From contig NEEC01000016.1 in the NCBI GenBank assembly GCA_002189035.1, forward strand, positions 1,674,001 to 1,738,000: 64,000 nucleotides of DNA, read 5' to 3'. This document shows, one piece after another, positions 11,894 to 24,828 of the stretch. Under the pieces are notes generated by a model. The model was not told the origin of the DNA, did not search any database, and saw only the letters and a program-made list of their open reading frames with translations. Origin of the DNA: Utricularia gibba. Lineage: Eukaryota > Plantae > Magnoliophyta. Made by a program: the position numbers and the translations under genes. Every line of letters starts with the position of its first letter. Position 1 is the stretch's first letter.

Positions 11894-14478
11894 TGCTAAG
11901 TGTCATTTTGTTAACATCTTTTAGGTCATTTTTATATTTAAATGTAATCAAAGTTATTTAGTTAAGAGTCTATAATATAACTTTTAGGTTTTATCTAGAT
12001 TAACGTTATTATCTTAATTTATGTATTTTATTTAATATTTTTGTCTAGTTTTGTTTAAGTTTTGTTAGGGATGATAGCGTCATAGGAATTGTGAGAAAAT
12101 GAGCATCACATGGCGTCAAAATAGATCTTCTTAAACTGATATTTCCTTGATTTTCGGAAGATGGTACACGAGAGCCTTTAACATATGAGATCAGTAGCGT
12201 ACTAGTGTCAAAGTAGGAGCTCTCTTGCAAATCACTTTAGTCCATAGCAAGATTAGGGGGACATGAAAACTTGGATAAAAGTAGTTCAATTTGAGTTTAG
12301 ATGGGGGATTCGACTTTCACTTTCAGTTTCAATTTTAGTTGTACTTTATTTGATCTCTTTAAAGGATTTTTCCTCTAGCTCCACTCTAAAACTTGCTTTC
12401 GTTTTATTGCTTTGTATGTCTGTTCACAACTAAAAAGCTTTGTTTTTGGGTTGGAAGACTTCTAGCTCTATATTTCGCTAGTTAATCTCCACTCTTTTTT
12501 TGAATCCGATTGAGTTCTATGTCTCCATGTGATTATGTTACAGTATTTCTGTAATAGTTCCTTTATTCAAGATTTATGATTAGTTGATCATTGTCTGCAA
12601 ATTTTGAAGAGCAAGGTGGAAAGCACTAACCCAAGCCATTTTGATCAAAGGGAGATAATGTTTTGTGTGTGGGTGTACTTCAGAATTAATGGATAAATAG
12701 TGACATTATATCTTAACTCATTGACATTGGCAACACTTGGGCACACACACACAAGTTGACCATGAGGGTATGATGGTAGAACCTCTTATCTTCCCGTTTG
12801 TCCAAGGGGGAGCAATATAAATTAAGTACTCGAAAAGATCAGAAAAGAGTGAAGAAGCAACGAACGTAGTTTGGTAGGATTCCAATTCTAGGAACATCTC
12901 TTTAATTAAGGTTCATAGCTGTTGCGTGTCGTTTCCTCAAAAAATTTTCAATATTTAAATCATAAAACACCAAAAAACATAGTACGAGTATCGATCTCAG
13001 GGAGTTGTTTTTCGTGAAAAGTGTTTTGTAAGAAACTTCTACAAAATGTCACGGTTTTGTAAAAGGGGGTTTTTGAGATGCAAAAATAAAAGATACAACC
13101 TAAGTGATAGGCCTTGACTACGAGATGCAATTCCTGGGAATGAAATTCCATCTCCTTCCTTTGTCCATTCTTGCCTCGGTTTTCACTGATTTGCTTCGAA
13201 TAGCTGGTTATAAGAGTAATGAATAGCCTACTCTCCCTTACACTCTGATTGACAAGGAGGCACGGGAATAGCCTCATGTGATTCCCCCTTGGACGATTAG
13301 GAAGACAAGAGGATTGCCTTTGATTGCCTTCAAAACCGAATTGCGCGAGTGTGCCTAGCTATTGCCAATGGCCAGTGGCAGGTCTGAGGTCACAACCTGT
13401 CCACTGTTGCGGTACCAAGGCCACAAACAATCCGCTACTTCCCTCGAACTGGTAGGGTTGGAGTTGGTGCTCTTCACCTTGATCTTCACCAAAATCCGCG
13501 AGGAGTGGCCTGCTACTCATAGACCTTGACTAGGAGTCGTTACAGAAAGACTGCAACAAGATGCGCGGAAGTATACAGAATCCGAAATCAATTCAGCTAA
13601 GAACCGAGTGTATTGCTCAGGACTTGGAAGGAAATTTCATCTTCTCCTAGAAACTAAAAGGTTTTAACCTGAAAGAGCCATGGAAACAGAAACGAAAAGA
13701 AACTAAGTGTTCTTACTCCTTGAGAGGAAGAAGAACTCAAAAGTTCTAAGTACAAGAGAAAATGTTCAAAAGTGAATAGTTCAAAAGTTTGCAACTAAGT
13801 GCTCCAAGTGGCTTTTATGTCACTCACCACGTGCATTAACTCCTTTGGGTCTCCTTCCCATCATTCCTTCTGTTTTGCGTGTGCTAGTAGCTTTTCTTTG
13901 AGTGCAAGTTTGTCCCCAATCATTGCTGAAGACTCTGACATGCCGTAAGTCAGGAGCCTTGACTAGTGTCAGTCTTCCGCCCACAATCGTTCCAAATTGC
14001 GTACAAGACACGAAAAGTCAGACTCTCACCATCTGCAATATTCCTGTAACACTCCACGATAGTCTCCTGATATGTTTCAGTTAAATTGTGAGAAAAAAGA
14101 CATAAAATATATACAAAATAGGAAAATAGGATTTTCCTAATAAAATCAAATACTTAATAATATAATTCCTAAATTGGGCGACTTAATACATAATTAAAAC
14201 ATGATAATACCTAATAATTAACTAGAAAATGACACTTAACAATAGCTTAAGTTTCTTTCTATTTTTTGTTTGCAATTCTCATACTCAACCTTCATCATTT
14301 AAATTTCTAACACCTTTTACTTGACAAACCCGTTTATAAATCATGACAGTTGTATTCGGCATAACTTTAACTTTCATTATGAAAAGTAACTCTCTGTGTT
14401 CGACACCCACACTATACATTTTTTGTCTTACGAGTTTTAAAAATCTTTAAAATTTGTTGTGGAATGACACGCAATGAT
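11894..14478. mobile_element. Nested LTR-retrotransposon-derived insertion (mixed LTR-like segments, no coding domain)
   Basis: Absent from copia copy B, which reads AAATTCACAATTG uninterrupted near 36475. Starts with TG, contains the PPT-like AAGGGGGAG near 12806 and LTR-type composition. Internal structure unresolved. Confidence 0.55.
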
Positions 14479-15048
14479 TCACAATTGATAGGATAATCAG
14501 ATGTCAGCTGAAAAATAGAAAGCAAATTCTTAGTTAGTCTAGGAATATATCACACATTTTTTAAAGGCATGGTGGTTCCATATCTAATTACAACTCCATT
14601 GTTACCTGAAACATGACCTAAATGAATTTTTTTTTCATTGGTCATATGATTTGTGGCTCCTATGTCAGCAGTCCATTCAGTTTCTAGCAGTGTGTTGTGG
14701 ATGGTGAGATTTGCAAGTGTGTGTGGAAGTAGGGTTTCTTTCAGGCATGGCTTGAGGTCCTCTAATTGTTTTCATTTAAGTTTAATGCATCTCTTTGTTT
14801 TTTTTTTTTTTTTATCTGGAACTCGTACCAGGATGAAGCACATCATGGCCACCCAAACCATGCCAAGAGTCATATGGATACAATTGGAAATTAAGGATTC
14901 AATGAGTCAGATGAGTACATTTGAAAGGTCAAGTACATAAGAAACATAAATCACATTAAAAAAGATTAGATCCAATCGATTACTTATGATCTGCAATTTC
15001 TCATATATTTGATTATATCAATTTTGAAAAATTTATCAATATGGAATA

Positions 15049-15287
15049 GTAATGACATCAATACTGTTGGCACTCTCCCACAGTTGAGGACTTGTGGACA
15101 TGGGAATCCTTAACCGTTCTCAGTTATTTTGATAGAGATGAAGCAAACTTGGAGATGTGTTGCCCTAGCTCTTGAGAATTATGCTCCTGTATAGACAACC
15201 ATTTAAGAAAAATGAAATATAGGAACAGTGCAATGAGAATTAGTGTTTCATGCTCATATATGTAACTTACTATCCACCTAGACCCAT
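15049..15287 (-). pseudogene. AXR4-like gene fragment (end of exon 1, intron, most of exon 2)
   Basis: Aligns by eye to 40676-40920 of the intact gene, e.g. GATGAAGCAAACTTGGAGATGTGTTGC. Confidence 0.9.
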
Positions 15288-17310
15288 TGCTTGTCAAGAC
15301 TGGGTATTCGACCAGTCAAAGCTGACCGAGTTGAGGTGTTTGAGACACGTTTCAAGACTATCTACGGCACGTGTCAATCGGGAATTTCATGTGTTGAACG
15401 AGCGTCTGCTACGCTAGAAGATAATCTTAGAATATTGAAATAAGACTGAGTAATAAAGGCTACACAACCATTGGAAGTGGGCAAGCTAGTCAGCCCTGGT
15501 TTCGCGGGTTTGTTAGGTTGTTGAGATCTGAAACTTGGTCTCATTAGATCCTGTTTTTATGTGAAGTTTGTTACTTTTGAGTCTATAAAAGCTGATGTCT
15601 ACAGCTTGTGTTTGCATCCCTTCATTGCAATAGACTTTGTTCTTCTTTCTCTTATTCTTTCAATCCAAAACCCTCTTTTTTATTGTTGTTTTTTCCTTGC
15701 ACGATTTCATGTTAGAGTTCATCCCATTTTTCATCTAACAAGTGGTATCAGAGCTGGTTCGATATGGATGCAACTCAATCCGGTACTTTATGGAAATTCA
15801 ATGGTGAAGATTATGCTGTTTGGGCTACCCAAATGAAGGCATACCTCCAAGCAATGAAGCTGTGGGAAACGGTTAATGCACCAGTGCAATTAGAGCAGCT
15901 CCCTGCCAATGCCTCGCTGGAAAGAGTGAAAAGAGCTGAAGAATTACAAGCCAGAGAAGGCCAAGCGAATGCGGTACTTTATTCTGGTATGGAGACAGCT
16001 CAATTGTTGAGACAGCTCAGAAAAAGCAAGTGGAGACACTATTTACTGCTTGTTTGCTTAACCCTATAAAGCTTTATAGTGCGGCAAAACATGAGTCTCT
16101 ATGTGTAGCAACAATGCCAGACACAAGTTCTACCTCAAATACAGGATGGTTGGTCGACTCAGGTTGTTCTGCTCACATGATTGGTGATGAAAGGTACTTT
16201 GAGACTTTGGATTATTCAAGTACAGCAAGTGGGAGACTTAGAAATGATGAGCTCCTAGATGCCATTGGTAAAGGCACGGTCATGGTGCATACTTCTCTAG
16301 GGTTAAAGCGTCTGTAGAATGTTTACCTAGTTCCAAAATTGAGCATCAACCTTCTAAGTGTGAAGAAGCTAAATGATAGAGGATACTCTATCACATTTGG
16401 AAGAGGAACTTGTGTAATCTCAGATCCAAATGGTGATGTCATCTCCACAACACCGACAATCAGAGGTACTTATTTCTTACCTTGGACCTTAGTTCCACAA
16501 GAATCTGCTAACCCTGCTAGGCTGAACGAACATGAGAGATGGCATAAAGCACTTGGACATGCCAGCTTCCAAGTCCTTCAATCCATGAGTAAAGGTGGAG
16601 TCTGCAGAGAATTCCCAACACTAAGGTACCCTGATGAAATGAAGTGTTCAATATGTCTTCAAGGCAAAATGAAACAACTGCCATTCCCTCAACAAGCATG
16701 CTTCCGAGCGGAGACACTGATGGAGCTGGTACATTCTGATGTTTGTGGCCCAATGAGTGTTGAATCACTTGGAGGGAGTAGGTACTTCATTAGCTTCATT
16801 GATGATAAGTCACGTTATTGATGGGTGTTCTTTATGAAGTGCAAGTCATAGGCCTTTGAGCACTTCATCACCTTCAAGGCCTCTGCTGAAAGAGCCTCTG
16901 GAGAAAAGTTGAAATGCCTTCGTACAGATAATGGAGGCGAATTCAATTCCCTGACATTCAAAGAAGAATTAAGAAGAGAAGGCATCAAACATCACAAAAC
17001 TGTGGTTTACTCACCAGCACAAAATGACGTAGTAGAACGGAGAAATGCTACAATTATGGCCATGGCTAGATGCCTACTTTTGGAGAAGAAGTTGCCTAAG
17101 CACTTTTGGAGTGAAGTTGTTGCAAACACGGTGTACATCAAAAATAGGTTACTCACTCATAGCTTGAAAGGAGTGACACCGTATGAAGCATGGAATGGAA
17201 GATCACCAAACCTTGGTCATCTTAAGGTATTTGGATCTGTGGCTTATGTGCTTATTCCTGTTGAATGCAGAACCAAGCTGGATAGTAGATCTTTGGTTCC
17301 AAATCCAATA
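15288..17310 (+). mobile_element. 3'-truncated copia element: 5' LTR, PBS, partial gag, protease, integrase
   Basis: LTR TG(15288)...CA(15740); PBS TGGTATCAGAGC 15743-15754; gag FNGEDYAVWATQMKAYL; protease WLVDSGCSAHM; GAG-pre RWHKALGH; integrase LVHSDVCGP and RTDNGGEF. Contains stops and a gag deletion. Confidence 0.9.
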
Positions 17311-17981
17311 AAATTTTATGTTCGGTTTTTTGTCGTTGTGTCTTAAGTTTGAAGAATTAAGTAATACCCCTATTAAGATTATATCGTGTTTACGTCTCAT
17401 ATGCTTCAAAATGATGATGGTTATATTGTATTTATATCTCGTATTGTATATCATTATAACAACATTAGGGTCAAAATTAGTTTATTATAGTAATATAAGA
17501 GATTAAGTATGTAATTTTATAAGTTTGGAGATAAACTACTTATACAAAAAATAAGTTGAGAAAATTATGACATAATTTTAAAACTTTAAGATTAAAATTT
17601 TTATATTAACTATAACTTGGAATATTGCTAACAAACTCTACCTTTAAAATTTTTTACAAAATTTAAAAGATTTAAATTAAATAATATATTTAGTTATATT
17701 ATTAATGAGTTGATCTATTCATTTGATTTTAGAATGATGGTCTTTAAATTCCACACAGATTTTTCGGATATCAAATTTTTGTTACACAAGATCAAAGTTG
17801 GTCTGATTTTTTTACTTTGACAACGGAATACATGATGCATCGGAGACACACGATACCAGTCATATAATGGCTTTATTTCTTCATCAAGACCAAGCCAACT
17901 ATTACATACAACACAGTTCTGGGACTGGCAAAGATGGACATGATTTTGGGGAAATTTATTCTGAGAAATGCGGCCCGGGGC

Positions 17982-19582
17982 TCAGGCAAGAGCTAGAGCA
18001 GAAAGGCTGTAGGGGTTGGCAAAAGCTGGAAACGGTGTGGTGCAAGAAACACACGCCATCACCGCATTCAGATGTTCAGTGGGATGGAAGTTGTCGTAGA
18101 AGACGTATTTGGTTCTATCGGGGCAAGGGGGGACTGCTGAGTTTTTAGCACACTGCCCTACTGCAGCCGTTGTAGATTCCGTTGATTCCGATACCGCGCA
18201 ACAGGGGGCGTTCATGACAGTGAAACCTGCATCCCATTGGATTAGAACAATACACTGTAGCTGAAAAGTATAAGCTTTTTTTATTTTTTTTTACCTAGTG
18301 CAGGATTTCCAGAAGCAGAGATGGCGAAAGCGTTAATGTAAGTGAACTTGGTGCCAATCAACGAAGTACTAAGCTGAGTGACCAGTAATTTGAGCTTTTC
18401 GTTGAAGACGGCCACTGCGGAGTTAATGAAATCGACGCATGGAAATCCGTTGGTGGGAGGGTACAATTCTAGCTCCTGCGGTATGCATCCGATCAAACCC
18501 ACGTTGAAAACCGCGATCTTCCTCGCTCCCAAAGCGTAAAGAGTCTGCATACCCAAGACCGACATCATTCGTAAAATCGAAATTCAGAATGAAGATAGAG
18601 ATTGAGGTTGAGGTACTAGCCTGGAGTTGAGTAGAGTATTTGGTGATCAACTCATCTGCAAAGGCGCTAGGCGTGAATTGCTTTCTCAGGGGGCTGTCCT
18701 TAAGATAATAGTTGTTGATGTAATCGTTGCTGCCGATGTTGATTATGTATAAGCACTGCTGCAGGCTCTGAGAACTCAAGCCCGTGATGGGTATTGTTGA
18801 TTCATGATGCTTCAACTGCACGTCCATTGAATACCTTTCTCCCTGCACGAGCAAACAAGAGAGCTTTCTCCTCTTGTAATGATCACGCTTACAGACATAG
18901 GTTCTAAGCAGTAATGCTTTTAAGGTTCTTACCAAGTTAGCCCCGAATTCTCGAGGATCCCAGAGCCTCCCGACGCATAGTTGACGCCCTTTGAGGAGGT
19001 GCCCGGGTTGCCAGCCATGGATGCCCAGGAAGGAATAGAGGTCTGATATCCAAGAAATTGAGCTACACGAAGAAAAAAGGCATTCACAACAGTGTAACGA
19101 TGATCGGTGTGTGAAATTTGTGGTGAATGAAGATGAGGTCTTCGGATCTGGATTACAACAGACAAGTTTCTTTTTTTCTTGCATCAACCTGCGGCAAACC
19201 TCGTTGTCGGGGAAACATGTGTACTGATCGGGATCTCAGAAACTTCCCATTTCATAATAAATCTATTATCTGTCTTTTTAGATTTTCAAAATTTGGAATC
19301 AATGTGTCGTTTAGAACCTATGTAATCGGGGATGTTCTTCCCGTTGGAGAATCTTCCGGTGGGGGTGTTGCCGTCGCCGTAGTCGATCCCGTAGGGAGGA
19401 TAGTTGGCCTTAGCCTTGGTGAGCAGGTCGTTGTTGTTGCCGTTATCGAACTGGGAGTCCCCGAAGAAGAAGAGACAGGGGACCTGGGGATCGCCCCGAA
19501 CCAAGAACTTCGGCTGCATAGCGATGCAGAGCAGCATGGCTATCGCCATACGCACACACAGCTTCGCAGCATCACCCGCCAT
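17982..19582 (-). pseudogene. GDSL esterase/lipase copy 1, frameshifted; exons 19582-19318, 19062-18933, 18842-18621, 18544-18295, 18226-17982
   Basis: Motifs FFFGDSQFDNGN, GVNYASGG, NIGSNDY, FYDNFHPTE. Exon 2 is 130 nt versus 131 nt in the paralog, so the spliced CDS (1112 nt) is out of frame. This could be a homopolymer assembly error. Confidence 0.8.
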
Positions 19583-20037
19583 CTTCTGCTCCTTCCATCA
19601 CCCACAGTTGACAATACACATTAGAAAATTCGATACCTTTTGGTGGACTTGGAATAGAGAATGTGTCCCGCATGCTTGATTATGGACGTGTAGCTTCCCC
19701 TTCCACCAAGGCAAGAAGAAACGTTGACATGCATGCTATGGGTCATGTATGTGTCTTTTTGTTTGGTGCAGAATAAAAAAAAAAAAAAGAAAGTACAAAG
19801 GGATCTGTATAGGGGTTGAATTTTGAAGTTTGTACAAATACGACCAAAAAATGTGCCCAAAGTTAGCGTGCTGTTTTGAAAGCCAAGGAACTGCTTTCAC
19901 AGCTTAGGAGATTGACCATGTGTGTCTTAGACAGTCCTCGAACTCTACGCATGCAGCCTTGGATCTCAAAATGAACAGGTTTTCAGGTGAGTTTGGTGAG
20001 GTACGTGGTCTGAAAACAGAGGTGATGGAGGATGAAG

Positions 20038-20096
20038 ACACACTCTCTAGCCTTGTTTGAGACTGTATGCATGTGTGTACCCAGGGTCATCGTAAT
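20038..20096 (-). pseudogene. AXR4-like C-terminal fragment cut off by the copia insertion
   Basis: Matches 40623-40680 (YDDPGYAHAYGLRQGWSL region); stops at GTAAT directly followed by the TG of the copia LTR. Confidence 0.85.
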
Positions 20097-22849
20097 TGTT
20101 TAAAGTAAGAATCTGATAGGTCCGGCGAGTATGCATAAAGGTTAGTAAATAATAAATGTATATCACATTAGACAAGATTAGATTTAATCGATTAATAATA
20201 ATCCATAATTTCTTATATACGTGACTATTTCACTTTCAAATCCCAATGTGCAATCATTTGTTCTAATACCCACCCTCAAGTCAAACTTATCTTTGATCAA
20301 ATTAAGACTTATTTTTTGTTTTTTTATATAATTGTAGATAATGCTCATATCATAGGTTGATCAAATTTTTTTCATCTAAGTCTAATACATCTCTTTGTTT
20401 TTTTTTCTTATCCAGAACTCAAACTAGCACAAAACCCATTTTGACCATCCAAGCCTTGCCAATAGGCAAACACAATGATACCATTTGAAATTAAGGATCC
20501 GATAAGTCGTATGAGTACACGTTAAGTCGACGTACATAAGAAACGTGGATTACTTTTGAAAAGATTAGATCCAATCGATTACTAGTAATCCATAATCTCT
20601 TATATACATGACTATTTCACCTTCAAATCAAAGGAAAACAAATGAAGAAGAAAGTTGTATTATTCCACCATAATAAAGTTTTTAATGATACAAGAGGTTT
20701 TAATAGAATTCAAAGCAATGCAGTCACAAATCCTAAAAATGCTCCTAAGAGGATGGCTTTCTCTCTTGTTAACCAGTTCCTGTATGACTAGAAGCAAATA
20801 CAAAAACTTGGAATCCTTTATTTGAGGAGGTAGCTAAGGGCATTTCATTACTCTAATAACCAACCTTTTGAATCCTCAATCTCCTTATCACTCCACTTCC
20901 TTATTTCTCCCACCATCCTTACTTCTCCATTGAGTTGATTCTTCAACACCCCCCCCCCCCCTCAAACTTAGCTAGAGCTGTAAGATAAGTTTGTTTCTGA
21001 GGTAGAGTAGTCGTTCACTAGGCCTTCTCTTAGTGAAAAGATCAACTATTTGGTGTTGTATTGGAATATGGTGACTAACTAAATAGCTCATGGCAACCCT
21101 CTCTCGCACAAAGTGACAATCAAATTCAACATGTTTGCTTTTGAAGTAGAGAACTGGGTTCAAAGTGAGGAATAACACACTTAGATCATCACAGTGCAAA
21201 ATAGGGGGAGAACTAAGTGGAATACGTAGATCACTCAATAGATATTGTAGCCATGTTAACTTTGCTGCTATATTTGCCATTGCTCAATAATCTGCTTCAT
21301 TGCTAGAAGGCCAAATAGTGGGTCATTTCTTTGAGCTCTAGGCAATGGGGTTGCCATCCATGAGAACACAATTTCCAATCAATGATTTGCATGTATAGAG
21401 GCAGCTTGCCTAGTCAGCATCTGAGTATGGCTTCAAGCAGTAACCGGGGTGTGTGTTTGACAAAAATTCCATAGTTCAAGGTGAATTCGATGTACTTCAA
21501 GATCTTTGTAGCCAACGTCTGATGATATACTATTGGAGAGTGCATGAGTTGTGAATTCACACTAAAGGTGATGTCTGATTGAGTGAATGTGAGGTAATGG
21601 AGAGCACCAACAAGAGCTCTAAAAGTAGTAGGATCAGAGAGTAGCGTTGATCCTACATTGGATTCAACTTTGAGAATTGAGGGGTCAACGATGGTTTGTA
21701 GTCTTTTAATCCAAACCTATCCAAAGCAGAGAGAGCATAGTGATTTTGTAGAAGATGAATCTTTTTAGCTGTTGCGGTTAAGAATCGGTTTGTTGAAAAT
21801 AGCCGATTCTCGGGTAATAGAACTAATTTACTCGTATCCAATTAGTGGGTTACAGGTTTGGGGTGTCACTATGTTAATGAAAGACTTAAAAAGGGAAAAA
21901 TGATTTCTAATGTGGAAAACACCAGAACAGGGAAAATCATGGACTGGTGGAGCTCACCGAAAAAATGACTTCACTAAGGAGGAGGAAGAAAAGGTTACAA
22001 AATTGGATGTCATGAGATCAACCCATTTTTCTTTTAGTATTCTCTTATTTATAGGAAAGGTTGCCCCAACCAATTACTACGGGTATTAGCTACTTTCTAT
22101 GTCTGATTATACATATGGTCTTGTTGACAAATAACCATCGCTTGCTCTACTGCTCTTCTAATTCAGCTACTTTTCGGACCTTGCCAAAACAGCCGCCACT
22201 ACATAGCTCTCACCCTTATCGGTCTGACTGCATGTGATAGGCTATTAGAATTTGTCTACGACGTGCTCCCAACTGATTTAGCCTTCATACAACATGTATC
22301 AATTTAGTACTCCATCATTCAACCCCTTTGATTTTCCGATATTGATACTTGCGGTAAATCGACGAATAAAAATCACCAATATAGCTATTCATAGTATGTC
22401 GATTCCTATTGTGAGTTTTTTTCCAGTTTAGAATGGTTACATGTCGTGTTGCTCCCAGGGCATGCCATGTTTTCCCGCCCACTTTTTAGCACCTCAATCG
22501 TCATGCCATTTCAACTTCTGAGAAACTCCTCTAATAATAAACATTCTCCTACTCATCTTTTACTTTACCTTCTTTTACCATTCATTGGAGTCCTTAGCAT
22601 TCATCGTCGTTTGTGGTCTTTCACCGTCACAAACTCCTACCGGAATCCATAAACTTTTTTGGTATTCAAACCTTTCCTACTTTTCTCGGAAATTTTTTGG
22701 GGATTTCTGGAGTCTTTCTAGACTTTGATCTTTATTTCCTAGTTTTTTATCTTCTGCTAGGGTTTTCCTTCTTATTTGTAATCGAACGATCTATTGAGCT
22801 GAACATTCCTACCATCCAATCTTGGTACTCAGTCCTTGACGAGTACATC

Positions 22850-24720
22850 ATTACTCATGCCCACGATGCCGATATTATGTGGAGAGTCGGGGGAGAGCCT
22901 CTCCCCCCCCCCCCCCACTCCCCCTCTTTAACCTATCGATTATGATTGCTTACTTTGAAAGTGGTCTCCGATTCACCATTCATCCTCTAATAGTCTGCTT
23001 CCTTCACAGCTTTAGTATTCCGCTCTATTGCCTTGCCCCAAATTCGATTTTCTGCTTCACCACTTTCATCTTCTATTTAGCTAGCATGGAGCCGATAATG
23101 TCCTTAGCCGATTTTTTCCAACTTTTTAAGATTGTGGTGTGTAGGGCAAAGCCACTGATGCTTGATCATGCTCACTTCCAGTTCCGTTAATTTGAGGATA
23201 ACCCCGACTTGATACTTAATGCTCCTTATACCCACCATGATTGGTGGTCGTCTTTCATCTGAGTGGCACCTCCTTTGGGTTCTAAGTGGAATTTCCCCAT
23301 CATTCCTCCTAACCCCTTCAAAATAAAGCTCTTTAGTTCCTATTGACCCTCTACTGAATCCCATAGAGCCATGTTCCAAAGAATCTGTGAAGGGAATGTT
23401 CGTTACGAGTCTCATGCCTTGATGCTTACGGGGCAATCCTTGATAATTTTGGGCATTCTTGGTTTCGTGATAGCCAATTGCATCGATTTCATTCTGATTA
23501 ATGAGGCTGATTTTACTCTTTTTTCTTCGTCCCACTCTCGTTTGGAGCCTCTCATTCAAAGCCTTCTGTCCCATGATTCGGCTTCCCACCCCAATGTTCA
23601 TCTTCCAGCTCTCAACAAAAAGAAAACGGTTAAGACCTATGCTAAAAAACCCTTCAAGAAGTAAAGAGGTAGTTAGGTTCCTCTTTGTCGAGTTCTACTG
23701 CTTTGCTAGTCTAACCATCCTCTTGTTTCGGTGTGCAGTTGATGAAATCGCAAGAAGTTGGGCTCTGGAGACTTCAGTTGCTGCTCGCTTTATTGCAGAA
23801 ATGCATGAGGCTCTTGAATCGAACGTGCATCCCAATTCGGAGGTTAGTCTTCCTCCTAGTTTGCTTTACATTTTTAGATTCTGCTTTTACCATTATCAGC
23901 TTATTTTAGGCTTGTTCACAAGGCTTCACGTCCGACAATGCCGACTACCTCCTAGAGGGCGATAGGAAGGATGAAACTCCAAGAAATCTGGATCCGATTC
24001 CTGAGGCCGCCGTGGGGAAGGGGAAGGAATAGATATTGTCTTCCCTCGAAGTCGTTGAAGTACCTGACCCGATAATGGTCTTCAACTCGGTGGGGCCATC
24101 CACATCTCAGCCTATTGCTAGGGCACTTAGAGACTCCTCCTTCATTTCAATGCACATTCTTGCCGAGTTGAGGGAGGCTTTGGATGAGGTCATATTAAGG
24201 TCTGCTAGGATTTAGGCAGAATCAGCACTCTGTGGTATATGAGAGGTAATGTTCTTAGGTTTACCTAATTCCAAAGTATGCTTGATATCTTCATATGGGT
24301 GTCACTACTGTTTTAGGGCCTAACTCTCGGTTGAGGCCTCATTTAGGAGGTCGAACTTCTTAAGGTTAGGACTTCAGAGCTTGAGGCCATTATATTGATG
24401 AAGGATTCCAAAATTGATGCCCTTCAAGATGAGTAAGCGGACTTGGCACGAAGCAGAGTTGAAGAAGGGGCTTAGCGAAATGGGCAAGGCAATCGAAAAT
24501 GCTCTCTCTTAGAGGGGGAAGGTTTTAAAGTCAAGATTGAAGAGTTTGAGCCAGAGCTAACGCACACCAAAGGCCGTATCTTTGCACTGGAGGCCGAGCT
24601 ATGCAGTCACGAGTCATCTCAGCAGAGAAATTTGGACGACTTTGTTAGCTCAACCTATTTCTTGGAGCTATTCGACATTTACGCAGGCTATTTGATCGGC
24701 TTACTCCAATATCGGCAATT
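22850..24720 (+). pseudogene. Antisense extra ORF of the Tat element (Transposase_28/PF04195-like N-terminal domain), degenerate
   Basis: YFESGLRFTIHPLIVCFLHSFSIPLYCLAPNSIFCF...HHDWWSSFI*V, located between integrase and the 3' LTR on the opposite strand, as is known for Tat elements. Confidence 0.7.
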
Positions 24721-24828
24721 ATGTCAGTTTTCCAATATTTTCAAGCTCTTAATGATTAATCCTTGCTTTGAAGAAATCTCGGCAATTATGTCTTACAAAG
24801 GATGAGAATATGCAAGAGGTCATTTTGC

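Larger units (their letters stand above)
5155..15048 (-). mobile_element. Copia (RE1/RE2-like) element, copy A: gag-less, three LTR-like segments, interrupted by three insertions
   Basis: RNase H SKHAELDYHFVRERV (5972-6202); RT ALVDALQYLTFTRPDI (6433-6729); integrase fragments 10900-11550; GAG-pre-integrase LWHLHLGHP (11594-11848); protease EWTADIGATNHMT near 14640. PPTs at 5959 and 5281; LTR-like segments about 5155-5280, 5499-5958 and 14886-15048. Confidence 0.85.

Noticed and set aside
11897-14238. 13-bp inverted repeat TAAGTGTCATTTT at 11897 and near 14226 as possible TIRs
   Set aside because: No TSD, and it does not match the insertion limits defined by the empty site in copy B; more likely LTR starts in opposite orientations or chance.
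19063-19317. Perfect conservation of GDSL intron 1 as a sign of an intronic RNA gene
   Set aside because: No snoRNA boxes or hairpin on the sense strand, and identity extends evenly into both flanking exons, which fits conversion or polishing better.
20949-20962. Long C homopolymer
   Set aside because: Expanded copia polypurine tract; copy A has CCCTCCC at the same site.
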